A stretch of 64,000 nucleotides of DNA from Halorussus marinus (GTDB taxonomy: Archaea; Halobacteriota; Halobacteria; Halobacteriales; Haladaptataceae). Below the pieces are notes generated by a model. The model worked only from the letters and a program-made list of their open reading frames with translations. It was not told where the DNA came from and made no database searches. The DNA lies in the NCBI RefSeq assembly GCF_004765795.1, contig NZ_SBIV01000009.1:62001-126000 (forward strand), given 5' to 3'. Numbering within the stretch: position 1 is the first letter of the stretch; every line of letters starts with the position of its first letter. The translations under genes and the position numbers were made by a program. Positions 20,332 through 29,670 of this stretch are shown piece by piece.

Positions 20332-20697
20332 ATGATGAACGTGGACACCTCGGACGCGCCCGACGAGTACGCGAGCGAGGGTGGCATCTCGCCGACGCTC
20401 GACGCGACGCTCGATCTCCTCTCGGATCGTCGTCGCCGGTACGTCCTCTACACCCTCCGACGCCACAGCTCCGCGATGGCGCTCGACGAGTTGGCCGAGG
20501 CGGTCGCGTCGCGGGACGACGACGCCGAGACCGACCACGTCCGAACGGCCCTCTACCACAGCCATCTTCCCCGGATGGAGAACGCGGGGGTCGTCTCGTT
20601 CGACCCCGACTCGGAACTGGTCCGGCTCACCGACGGCGACAGTTCGCCGGTCGAGGAGTACCTCGATCTGGCGGCCGAAGCCGAGAACGTCGCGTAA
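20332..20697 (+). CDS. Small haloarchaeal winged-helix protein (DUF7344-like)
   Basis: LSDRRRRYVL...LYHSHLPRMENAGVVSFD motif. Confidence 0.8.
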   Translation: MMNVDTSDAPDEYASEGGISPTLDATLDLLSDRRRRYVLYTLRRHSSAMALDELAEAVASRDDDAETDHVRTALYHSHLPRMENAGVVSFDPDSELVRLTDGDSSPVEEYLDLAAEAENVA

Positions 20698-20751
20698 TCG
20701 GTCGCCCGCTGGCGTCCGGTCGGTCTCTTCCTCTGAGATGGGTCGTCCGAC

Positions 20752-21360
20752 TCACTCGCGCCGAACTTCGCTGACGCTCTCGGTCACGTCTTCCTCGACG
20801 CGCCAGAGATAGAGGCTGGCGTAACTGCGGTAGGGCGCCCACCGCTCGGCGCGCTCTACCATCTCGGCCCGCGTGAGGTCGCCGTAGAGCGACGCCATCC
20901 CCTTCCGGATCCCCAGATCTCCGACCGGGAACACGTCCGGACGCCCGAGCGAGAACATGAGTTGCATGTTGGCGGTCCACTCCCCGACGCCCGTGATCGC
21001 GGTGAGTTCGGCGACGACCTCCTGGTCGGTCATCTCGGCGAAAAACTCCTTGGTGTAGCCCCGGTCGCGGAACGCCGCCGCGATGTTCCGCACGTAGTCG
21101 GTCTTCTGTCGGGAGAGCCCCGCGTCCCGGAGGACTTGTTCGTCGGCCGCGAGCACGCCCTCGGGGGTCGTCTCGACCGCGGCTTCAAGGCGCTCGCGGG
21201 TCGCGGCCGCCGACGCCATCGACACCTGCTGGCGGAGCACCGACACCACGAACCGCCAGAAGAAGTCGTCGGCGGGCTCGATGGTCAGCGGGCCGTGCGC
21301 CTCTACGAACGGACCCAGATCGGCATCGGCGCGCAGTGCCTCGTTGGGGTCGGCCGTCAT
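20752..21360 (-). CDS. alkA: DNA-3-methyladenine glycosylase II (HhH-GPD family)
   Basis: RQQVS, GLSRQK, ITGVGEWTA, DVFPVGDLG and WAPYRSYA motifs. Confidence 0.9.
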   Translation of the reverse strand: MTADPNEALRADADLGPFVEAHGPLTIEPADDFFWRFVVSVLRQQVSMASAAATRERLEAAVETTPEGVLAADEQVLRDAGLSRQKTDYVRNIAAAFRDRGYTKEFFAEMTDQEVVAELTAITGVGEWTANMQLMFSLGRPDVFPVGDLGIRKGMASLYGDLTRAEMVERAERWAPYRSYASLYLWRVEEDVTESVSEVRRE

Positions 21361-21417
21361 CGCCCGACCGTACGGACCGGAGCCAAATGAGGGTGTGGCT
21401 TCCGGTCGCGGGCGCCG

Positions 21418-22773
21418 TCACTCCTCGGACTCTTCGTAGTCGACCCGCTTTTGGACGTTCACCTGGTAGTGTTTCAGGATGTCCCGACCCAGCAACACCG
21501 GGTACTCCATGTGGCCGCGGTCCTCGACGCTCGCGGTCACGGTGTGGCGGTTCCCGCCGACGCCGATCACCACGTCGACGACCGGTCGCGACCGGCTCGA
21601 CTTGCTGGAGCCGGACTTGACCCGGGCGATGGACTTGATCGGGCCCGCGCCGATCTTGGCGGCGAGTTGGGTGTCGATGCTGGTCCGGGTGGCTCCGGTG
21701 TCGGACTTGGCGACGATGTTCTCCGACCCGCTGGTGCCGCTCACGATGACCTCCTCGGTGTAGCCGATCACGATCGGATCGCCCGACGCGATGTCCTTGG
21801 GCATCGGCTTGCACGCCGGGACCGAGTCGTCGAGCGTCGCCGTCAGGTTCTCGACCGTCGCCTCGTCGACCGCGCCGCCGGCCCGCTCGATGGCGAGTTG
21901 GGCGATGTACGGCGCGGCGCTCCGACCCGTGGCCTTGAACAGCCCCTTGAACCCCGCGGTGGGGTTGACTTCGAGGACGTACCAGCCGTCGTGGCCCTCG
22001 ATCAGGTCGACGCCGGCGCAGTCGAGGCCGATGGTGTCGGCCGCGTCCCGGGCGAGGTCCGCGACCTCACGCGGGAGGCGATCGGTCGCGTCCTCGACGT
22101 TGCCCCCGAGCGCGACGTTGGTCCGCCAGTCGTTGTCGGGCGCGTAGCGGTTCATCGCCCCGACGATCCGGTCGCCGACGACGTACACCCGGAGGTCGCG
22201 GTGTTCGCCCTCGTCGCGCTCGATGAGCTCCTGGAGGAACGCCTGCCGGTCGCCGACTCGGGGGTTCACCAGCTCGTCGGGGCCGACCTTCCACGTCCCG
22301 CCGCCGTGGGTGCCGATCGCGGTCTTGTACACCGCTTCGTCGCCGAACTCCCCGCGGCCGTCGTTGAGCCGGTCGTTCGACAGCGCGAGCAACGCGTCCG
22401 GGACCGGGATGTCGGCCTCCGCGAGCGCGGTCGCGGTCGAGAACTTGTGGATCGCGGTCATCACCGCGCCGGGTCCGTTGAGAACCGGCCGAGCCGCATC
22501 GTAGATTTTCGCCAGTCCGAGCGCCTCGGACGGCTGTTCGGTGTTCGACAACAGGAGTCGGTTCATCACGACGTCGACGTCGGGTTCGAGCTCGACCGAC
22601 CCGTCCTCGATCGAGACCGCGGTGTTCTCCTCTCTGAGCCAGAACGGCTCGTGGCCGAGGTCTTCGATCGCGTTCAGAATCGCTTTCGTCTCCTTGCTGT
22701 TGTGGAGGCTGAGGACGCCTACGCGCACGCCGGACCGGTCGTTGCTCATCTGTACGGGAGTATTGGACGCCAT
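21418..22773 (-). CDS. rimK: RimK-family ATP-grasp glutamate ligase fused to a retropepsin-like (RimB-like) protease domain
   Basis: GTHGGG, DLRVYVVG, WRTNVALGG, GVDLI and EVNPTAGF motifs; C-terminal KSDTGATRTS...VLLGRD. Confidence 0.85.
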   Translation of the reverse strand: MASNTPVQMSNDRSGVRVGVLSLHNSKETKAILNAIEDLGHEPFWLREENTAVSIEDGSVELEPDVDVVMNRLLLSNTEQPSEALGLAKIYDAARPVLNGPGAVMTAIHKFSTATALAEADIPVPDALLALSNDRLNDGRGEFGDEAVYKTAIGTHGGGTWKVGPDELVNPRVGDRQAFLQELIERDEGEHRDLRVYVVGDRIVGAMNRYAPDNDWRTNVALGGNVEDATDRLPREVADLARDAADTIGLDCAGVDLIEGHDGWYVLEVNPTAGFKGLFKATGRSAAPYIAQLAIERAGGAVDEATVENLTATLDDSVPACKPMPKDIASGDPIVIGYTEEVIVSGTSGSENIVAKSDTGATRTSIDTQLAAKIGAGPIKSIARVKSGSSKSSRSRPVVDVVIGVGGNRHTVTASVEDRGHMEYPVLLGRDILKHYQVNVQKRVDYEESEE

Positions 22774-22936
22774 CTCTTAAAAAGGCCCCCACCTCGGCGG
22801 AACCGGCGACCGACCGCTCGAACGCCGGGACGCGAGCGGTCCGGCCGGCCGAAAGCCGTCGTTACTCGGCGGCGTCGGCCTCGACCGCTCGGCGCTTCCA
22901 CCCACCCTTAAATAGGGCGGGGTCAGAGAGGTAGGT

Positions 22937-24001
22937 ATGGCCGGGTCGGACGCCGACGACGCGTTCACGTACAACGGCGGAATCGTCGAACCGGGCGAGA
23001 CCCAGAACATCCGGTACGGCATCAGCGAGACGTATCTGGGCGACCCGGTGCGGATTCCCGTCACCATCGTCAACGGCGCGGAGCCGGGGCCGACCGTGTT
23101 CCTCTCGGCGGCCGCTCACGGCGACGAACTCAACGGTATCGAGGTCGTCCGGGAGGTCGCCCAGGAGTGGAACCACGACGAGCTCTGTGGCACGCTGGTC
23201 TGTCTCCCGGTGTTGAACGTCCCGGGCTTTCTCGCACAGGAGCGGTACCTCCCCATCTACGACCGGGACCTGAACCGGTCGTTCCCCGGACGGGTCGACT
23301 CGACCAGCGCCAAACGCATGGCCCACCAGATCTTCCGGAACTTCCTCGCACCCTGTGACATCGGGCTCGACTTTCACACCTCCACGCGCGGGCGCACGAA
23401 CATGCTCCACGTCCGGGCGGACATGGACGACCCGGACGTGGCCCGGCTCGCTCGGGCATTCGGCTCGAACGTCATCATCTCCTCGCAGGGGCCCTCGGGG
23501 ACGCTCCGTCGCGAGACCAGCGAGTACGGCGTCCCGACCATCACCATCGAGATGGGAGAGGCCCACCGGTTCCAGCGCCAGTTCATCGACCGCGGACTGG
23601 AGGGGGTCGCGAGCGTCCTCGCGGAGTACGGCGTCCACCGTACCGACGCCGTCCGGTGGCCCGGCTGGCGGACCGTGATCGACGACGAGAAAGAAAAGAC
23701 GTGGCTGCGGGCCGACGCCGGCGGCCTCGTCGAGATGCACCACGATCGGGGCTCGCTGGTCTACGAGGGCGACACCGTCTGCACCATCACGAACCCGTTC
23801 AAGACCGACAGCGAGCGAGTCGAGGCGCCCTTTACCGGACTGCTGGTGGGCGTGCTCGAGAACCCGGTCGTCTACCCGGGCAACCCGCTGTGTCACATGG
23901 TCGAACTCGCGGCCGACACCCGGCGGGCGCTCAAGCGCGAGCGGGCCCGGACCGGCCCGGAGGACGACGGCGACGTCCCGCCCCCGCCCGAGAGCCGATA
24001 G
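22937..24001 (+). CDS. Succinylglutamate desuccinylase/aspartoacylase family (M14) protein
   Basis: HGDELNG, DLNRSFPG, LDFHT and TIEMG motifs. Confidence 0.9.
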   Translation: MAGSDADDAFTYNGGIVEPGETQNIRYGISETYLGDPVRIPVTIVNGAEPGPTVFLSAAAHGDELNGIEVVREVAQEWNHDELCGTLVCLPVLNVPGFLAQERYLPIYDRDLNRSFPGRVDSTSAKRMAHQIFRNFLAPCDIGLDFHTSTRGRTNMLHVRADMDDPDVARLARAFGSNVIISSQGPSGTLRRETSEYGVPTITIEMGEAHRFQRQFIDRGLEGVASVLAEYGVHRTDAVRWPGWRTVIDDEKEKTWLRADAGGLVEMHHDRGSLVYEGDTVCTITNPFKTDSERVEAPFTGLLVGVLENPVVYPGNPLCHMVELAADTRRALKRERARTGPEDDGDVPPPPESR

Positions 24002-24070
24002 TCACAGACGGCGGCCAGTTTCGTCGGGACCGTCACGGACTGGGTCGACCGGTGACAACGCCGAGCCGGG

Positions 24071-25387
24071 ATGAGTACGAAAACGCTCAGACGCGGATGG
24101 CATCGGTACCGGTCGGTGCCGATCGTGTATCGGATCGCGGCCGGCTTCCTGCTCGGCGCGCTCGTCGGGCTCTCGGTCGGCGAGCGCGCCACGGTGGTCC
24201 GGCCGCTCGGCGAACTGTTTTTGAACCTGCTTCGGATGCTGGTCGTCCCGCTGGTGGTGTTCACGCTCCTTTCGGGGATGCAGAAGCTCTCGCCGTCGAA
24301 GCTCGGACGCGTCGGAGGCACCGTCGTCGGCCTCTACGCGGTCACGACCGCCATCGCGGCCGCGATCGGACTGGCGGTCGCAAACCTCGTCCAGCCCGGC
24401 CGAGGCGTCGAGTTCACGGGCGGGGAGGCCCAGTCGGCGAGCGCCCCCTCGGTCGCGGAGGTCGTGCTCGGCATCGTGCCCGAGAACCCCCTCGGCGCGA
24501 TGGCGTCGGGCGACCTCCTGGCGACGATCTTCTTCGCGGTCGTGTTCGGCCTCGCGCTCGCGATCGTGCGCGACACCGCCGACGACGAGGCGATACGGGA
24601 GGGCGCCGAGACGTTCTTCGCGCTCGCGAACGCCGCCACCGAGGCGCTGTTCAAAGTCGTCTGGGGCGTGATGGAGTACGGCGTGATCGGCGTGTTCGCA
24701 CTGACGGCGGCGTCGCTCGGCTCCTCGGGCGTCGAGGCCGCGCTCTCGCTGGCGACGCTCGTGGGAGCGATCGCGCTCGGGATCGCGGTCCACATCGCGG
24801 TCACCTACCTCGGGCTCGTCGTCGTCGGACTGCTCGGTCAGTCGCCGCTCGCGTTCCTCGACGGGGCCAAAGACGCGATGGTGACCGCCTTCTCGATCCG
24901 GTCGTCGAGCGGGACGCTCCCGGTCACCATCGCGGACGCCGAGGACAACCTCGGCATCGACGAGAGCGTCTACGGCTTCTCGCTACCGCTCGGGGCGACC
25001 ATCAACATGGACGGGGCGGCGATCCGGCAGGCGGTAACGGCAGTTTTCGCCGCTAACTTGGTCGGGGTTTCGCTCGGGATCGGCGATCAGATCGTGGTGC
25101 TGGCGACCGTGGTCCTCATCAGCGTCGGCACCGCGGGCGTACCCGGTGCGGGGTTGATCATGCTCACGATCATCCTCGAGGCGCTCGGGCTCCCGCTGGA
25201 AATCGTCGGTTTCGTGGCTGGCGTCGACCCGATCCTCGGTCGGATCGCCACGATGAACAACGTGACCGGCGACCTCGCAGTGTCGTCGCTGGCGGCCAAG
25301 TGGAACGACGCGATCGACTTCGGATCGGGCGCGTGGGCCCGCGGGTCCGAGGCCGGTGGCGCCGCGGCGTCTGTTTCAGACGACTGA
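24071..25387 (+). CDS. Dicarboxylate/amino acid:cation symporter (GltP/Glt-Ph family)
   Basis: [27 protein letters not shown] and TMNNVTGD motifs. Confidence 0.93.
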   Translation: MSTKTLRRGWHRYRSVPIVYRIAAGFLLGALVGLSVGERATVVRPLGELFLNLLRMLVVPLVVFTLLSGMQKLSPSKLGRVGGTVVGLYAVTTAIAAAIGLAVANLVQPGRGVEFTGGEAQSASAPSVAEVVLGIVPENPLGAMASGDLLATIFFAVVFGLALAIVRDTADDEAIREGAETFFALANAATEALFKVVWGVMEYGVIGVFALTAASLGSSGVEAALSLATLVGAIALGIAVHIAVTYLGLVVVGLLGQSPLAFLDGAKDAMVTAFSIRSSSGTLPVTIADAEDNLGIDESVYGFSLPLGATINMDGAAIRQAVTAVFAANLVGVSLGIGDQIVVLATVVLISVGTAGVPGAGLIMLTIILEALGLPLEIVGFVAGVDPILGRIATMNNVTGDLAVSSLAAKWNDAIDFGSGAWARGSEAGGAAASVSDD

Positions 25388-25497
25388 TTGGTTTAGGCTC
25401 TGATTCCCCCGTCGCATCGCGGATTTCCGATCCGTTTCCCCGGCGCGGGTCTCGTAACTTCTATTTGCCCACAGTCCAACCACCCGAACGGACAAGT

Positions 25498-25923
25498 ATG
25501 AGTCAATCGTACAATCGAGGCCTCGTCGAAGACTTCGGCCGGTGGCGGGAGTTCACGGCCGGGATGTGGGCCTGGATACTTCACAAGTTTACCGGGTGGG
25601 TACTCGTCGGCTACCTGTTCACGCACATCGCCGTCCTGAGTACCGCGCTCCCGGCGTCGAACGCCGCGTCGGGCGTCATCGCCGCCGAGACCGACGTCTA
25701 CACGACGACGCTCCAGGGGCTCGAAAGCCTCGCGCTCGTCCGCGTTCTGGAGGTCGGACTGCTCGCGGTCGCCGTCTTCCACATACTCAACGGCGTCCGC
25801 CTGCTGTTCGTGGACCTCGGCGTCGGCCTCGAAGCACAGGACAAGAGCTTCTACGCGTCGCTGGTAGTCACCGCCGCCATCGTGTTGGCGTCGGTGCCGA
25901 CGTTCCTGGAAGGGGTGTTCTGA
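25498..25923 (+). CDS. sdhC: Succinate dehydrogenase cytochrome b subunit
   Basis: WILHKFTG and FHILNGVR motifs; first gene of the sdh operon. Confidence 0.92.
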   Translation: MSQSYNRGLVEDFGRWREFTAGMWAWILHKFTGWVLVGYLFTHIAVLSTALPASNAASGVIAAETDVYTTTLQGLESLALVRVLEVGLLAVAVFHILNGVRLLFVDLGVGLEAQDKSFYASLVVTAAIVLASVPTFLEGVF

Positions 25924-25924
25924 G

Positions 25925-26290
25925 ATGGCCGAGCGCTACTCCTCGTTCCGGAGCGGCAGTCGATCGTGGCTGTTCCAGCGGGTCACCGCCGCGTTCTTAG
26001 TCGTCGTTCTGGCGTTTCACTTCTTCCTGCTCCACTTCGTCAACCACGCCTCCGAAGTGACGTTCGCGGGGACCAGCGCCCGGATGGAGCAGTGGGGCTA
26101 TCTCCTCACGATGGTACTGTTTTTGCTGACCGCGACGTTCCACGGCGTCAACGGCGTCTACGCCGCGCTGTTGAATCAGGGACTCACGGGCACGAAAAAG
26201 CGCGCGGTGAAGGGCGTGCTCGCGATCGCCGGCCTCGCGCTGGCCGCACAGGGAACCTACGTCGCGCTCGTGATGTCCGGAGTGATGTAA
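25925..26290 (+). CDS. sdhD: Succinate dehydrogenase membrane anchor subunit
   Basis: WLFQRVTA and FHGVNG motifs; operon position. Confidence 0.92.
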   Translation: MAERYSSFRSGSRSWLFQRVTAAFLVVVLAFHFFLLHFVNHASEVTFAGTSARMEQWGYLLTMVLFLLTATFHGVNGVYAALLNQGLTGTKKRAVKGVLAIAGLALAAQGTYVALVMSGVM

Positions 26291-26291
26291 C

Positions 26292-27173
26292 ATGAGTACG
26301 CAAATCCAAGAAGAATCCGAAGAGGCGACCGAGACCGAGACCGAGACAGCGCCGGTCGAGCGCGAGTCGCCGGGCGACCGGCGCCGCGAGGCCAAACGAA
26401 CGGCCAGCGACCAGCGGGTCGCGTCCGAGCCGGTCGGCGAGATCGAGGGAGACACCTTCCGGCTGAAGGTGTTCCGCTACGACCCCGAGGTCGAGGGGAA
26501 GATGGAGCCGCGGTTCGACGACTTCACCGTCCCCCGCGAGAAGGGGATGACGGTCCTCGATGCGCTCATCTACGCCCGCGACCACTACGACACGACCCTG
26601 ACCTTCCGTCACTCGTGTCGGCAGGCGGTCTGTGGCTCGGACGCCTTTTTCATCAACGGCCGCCAGCGGCTCGGCTGTCAGACCCAGATCTCGGACCTCG
26701 ACGGACCGGTCCGGGTCGAACCGCTCCCCCACCAGGACGTGGTGAAAGATCTGGTCGTCGATATGGAGCACTTCTACGATCAGATGCACGCGGTCGAGCC
26801 GTTCTTCCAGGGCGACACGCCGGACGGCGACCTCGAAGAGCAGCGCCAGTCCCGGGAGAACCGCGAGAAGATCAAGATGTCGACGCGCTGTATCTGGTGT
26901 GGCGCGTGTATGTCTTCGTGTAACATCGCGGCCGGGGACAACGAGTATCTCGGCCCGGCGGCGATCAACAAGGCCTACCGGTTCGCGATGGACGACCGCG
27001 AGGAAGACGAGCTCAAGGAACACCGCATGAAGATCCTGGATCAGGAACACGGCGTCTGGCGCTGTCAGACCCAGTTTTCCTGTACGAACGTCTGCCCGAA
27101 GGACATCCCGCTGACCGAGCACATCCAGGAGCTCAAGCGCGAAGCGGTCAAGCAGAACCTGAAATTCTGGTGA
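26292..27173 (+). CDS. sdhB: Succinate dehydrogenase iron-sulfur subunit
   Basis: SCRQAVCGSD, CIWCGACMSSC and CQTQFSCTNVCP motifs. Confidence 0.97.
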   Translation: MSTQIQEESEEATETETETAPVERESPGDRRREAKRTASDQRVASEPVGEIEGDTFRLKVFRYDPEVEGKMEPRFDDFTVPREKGMTVLDALIYARDHYDTTLTFRHSCRQAVCGSDAFFINGRQRLGCQTQISDLDGPVRVEPLPHQDVVKDLVVDMEHFYDQMHAVEPFFQGDTPDGDLEEQRQSRENREKIKMSTRCIWCGACMSSCNIAAGDNEYLGPAAINKAYRFAMDDREEDELKEHRMKILDQEHGVWRCQTQFSCTNVCPKDIPLTEHIQELKREAVKQNLKFW

Positions 27174-27177
27174 AACC

Positions 27178-29064
27178 ATGCACGAACACGACGTACTCGT
27201 AATCGGCGGCGGCGGCGCCGGACTCCGAGCGGCCATCGCGGCCCAAGAGGAGGGCGCCGACGTGGCCATCGTAACGAAGCTCCACCCGGTTCGGAGCCAC
27301 ACCGGGGCGGCCGAGGGCGGTATCAACGCGGCGATCCGGGAGGGCGACTCGTGGGACCTCCACGCCTACGACACCATGAAGGGGTCGGACTACCTCGGCG
27401 ACGCCCCCGCGATCGAGACCCTCGCACAGGACAGCCCCGAGGAGACGATCCAACTCGAACACTGGGGGATGCCGTTCTCCCGCGAGGACGACGGCACCGT
27501 CTCCCAGCGGCCGTTCGGCGGACTCTCGTTCCCCCGGACGACCTACGCCGGCGCCGAAACCGGCCACCACCTGCTCCACACGATGTACGAGCAGGTCGTC
27601 AAACGCGGCATTCAGGTGTACGACGAGTGGTACGTGAGCGAGCTCGCGGTCACCGACGAGGACGACCCGAGCGAGCGGACGTGCCACGGCGTCGTCGGCT
27701 ACGACATCAAGACGGGGCAGGTCGAGGGGTTCAAGGCCCGGAACGGCGTCATCCTCGCGACCGGCGGCCTCGGACAGGTGTACGACCACACCACCAACGC
27801 GGTCGCCAACACCGGCGACGGCGCGGCGATGGCGTATCGGGCGGGCGTCCCGCTCGAAGACATGGAGTTCATCCAGTTCCACCCGACCACCCTCCCCTCG
27901 ACGGGCGTGCTGATCTCCGAGGGGGTCCGCGGCGAGGGCGGCATCCTCTACAACGCCGAGGGCGAGCGGTTCATGTTCGAGTACGGCTACGCGAACAACG
28001 ACGGCGAACTGGCCTCCCGTGACGTGGTCTCGCGGGCCGAACTCACCGAGATCAACGAGGGCCGGGGCGTCGAAGACGAGTACGTGTACCTCGACATGCG
28101 CCACCTCGGCGAGGAGCGCATCACCGACCGGCTGGAGAACATCCTCCACCTCGCGCGGGACTTCGAGGGCGTCGACGGCCTCGAAGAGCCGATGCCGGTC
28201 AAGCCCGGCCAACACTACGCCATGGGCGGCATCGAGACCAACGAGCACGGCCAGACCTGCATCGACGGCCTCTACGCCGCCGGCGAGTGCGCCTGCGTGT
28301 CGGTCCACGGCTCGAACCGGCTGGGCGGCAACGCCCTGCCCGAACTCATCGTGTTCGGCGCTCGGGCGGGCCGTCACGCCGCCGGCACCGACCTCGGCGA
28401 GCCCGAGATCGCGACCGGCCGCGACGAGGAGTTCGAACGCGAGGACGGTCTCGACACGCCCGTCGACCCCGGTGCGGTCGGTGGCGCGAGCGACGCGGTC
28501 GCCGACGGCGGTGAGCGAACCGACGGTTCGCGATCCTCGTCGGACGCGCGGTCCGACGGTGGAACGGCGGTCGCGAGCGCCGACGACGTGGTCCAGCGCG
28601 CGGTCGAGAACCAGCGCACCCGGATCGACCGCCTCCTCAACGAGGACTCGGGCGTCCAGCAGGCCGAACTCCGCGAGAAGCTCCAGAAGTCGATGACCCA
28701 GAACGTCAACGTCTTCCGGAACGAGGAGGGGCTGAAGACGGCGCTCGAAGACATCCGAGAGGTGCGCGAGCGCTACGAGGACGTGTACGTCGACGACCCC
28801 TCCCGGACGTTCAACACCGACCTCATCCACACCATCGAGATGCAGAACCTGCTCGACCTCGCCGAGGCGATCACGCTGGGCGCGCTCGCGCGCGACGAGT
28901 TCCGCGGCGCCCACTGGCGCCAGGAACACCAAGAGCGCAAGGACGACGAGTGGCTCAAGCACACGATGCTTGCGTGGAACGACGGGAGCCCCGAGCTCTA
29001 CTACAAGCCGGTCATCCTCGAAGGCGAGGAAGACACCTACGAGCCGAAGGTCCGGTCGTACTGA
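27178..29064 (+). CDS. sdhA: Succinate dehydrogenase flavoprotein subunit
   Basis: GGGGAG, RSHTGAAEGG, QFHPT, HYAMGG and HGSNRLGGN motifs. Confidence 0.97.
   Translation: MHEHDVLVIGGGGAGLRAAIAAQEEGADVAIVTKLHPVRSHTGAAEGGINAAIREGDSWDLHAYDTMKGSDYLGDAPAIETLAQDSPEETIQLEHWGMPFSREDDGTVSQRPFGGLSFPRTTYAGAETGHHLLHTMYEQVVKRGIQVYDEWYVSELAVTDEDDPSERTCHGVVGYDIKTGQVEGFKARNGVILATGGLGQVYDHTTNAVANTGDGAAMAYRAGVPLEDMEFIQFHPTTLPSTGVLISEGVRGEGGILYNAEGERFMFEYGYANNDGELASRDVVSRAELTEINEGRGVEDEYVYLDMRHLGEERITDRLENILHLARDFEGVDGLEEPMPVKPGQHYAMGGIETNEHGQTCIDGLYAAGECACVSVHGSNRLGGNALPELIVFGARAGRHAAGTDLGEPEIATGRDEEFEREDGLDTPVDPGAVGGASDAVADGGERTDGSRSSSDARSDGGTAVASADDVVQRAVENQRTRIDRLLNEDSGVQQAELREKLQKSMTQNVNVFRNEEGLKTALEDIREVRERYEDVYVDDPSRTFNTDLIHTIEMQNLLDLAEAITLGALARDEFRGAHWRQEHQERKDDEWLKHTMLAWNDGSPELYYKPVILEGEEDTYEPKVRSY
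28510..28560 (+). repeat. 51-bp in-frame double-hairpin element in sdhA
   Basis: GCGAACC-GAC-GGTTCGC plus CTCGTCGGAC-GCGCG-GTCCGACGGT, flanked by a duplicated DGG. Confidence 0.55.
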
Positions 29065-29219
29065 GACGGCGATTTTTTCCGGGCGGTCGACGCCCGACGC
29101 GTCTCCTCCGCGTTCGCTCGATCGACCCACCGGAGAGCGTCCCGCTCGCGGTTCGATCGGATCCCCGTCGGCGTCGGCGGCGCGCCGAGCGCAGACCGAA
29201 CGGGCCGACGAGTGGGTTC

Positions 29220-29573
29220 TCAGCCGTCTTCTTCGATCACCGTCGTCTCGTCGCCGCTCGCGTGGCGGAGTTCGAGGCGATGGCGGGTGTGGCGGGCGTG
29301 GGTCTCGGCCCACCGCCGGGCGGCGTCCTCCGAGAGGCGCTCGACGGTCTCCGGGCAGTTGCGACACGCGACCCGCCACGTCGCGATCCCGTCCGGGAAG
29401 TGGCCGGTGTGGCGCTGGTGGTCGAGCGCGAACTGCTCGAGCGCCTGATTGCCGACCCCGAGGTCGTCGAGTTCGTACGCCAGATCCCACTCTTGGCCAC
29501 ACCGCTCGCAGGAGACCGTCGGAGTGTCGTCGATGTCGGTCGCCGATGGCGGGCGGTCGTCGCTGTCGGTCAC
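29220..29573 (-). CDS. Small protein with two CxxC...HxxHxxH zinc-finger-like repeats
   Basis: CERC...HQRHTGH and CRNC...HARHTRH; GTG start inferred. Confidence 0.7.
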   Translation of the reverse strand: MTDSDDRPPSATDIDDTPTVSCERCGQEWDLAYELDDLGVGNQALEQFALDHQRHTGHFPDGIATWRVACRNCPETVERLSEDAARRWAETHARHTRHRLELRHASGDETTVIEEDG

Positions 29574-29670
29574 GCGCCTGTGTAGCGCCCGCGAGTGCTT
29601 GAACCTGTCCTCCGAGCAGTCTCGGGGAATCGCCAACTATATCTCCGTCTCGGTGTTTTCCCACGGTGGT

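Noticed and set aside
26326..26348. ACCGAG tandem microsatellite in sdhB
   Set aside because: In-frame TE repeat in the disordered acidic N-terminus; no sign of phase variation.
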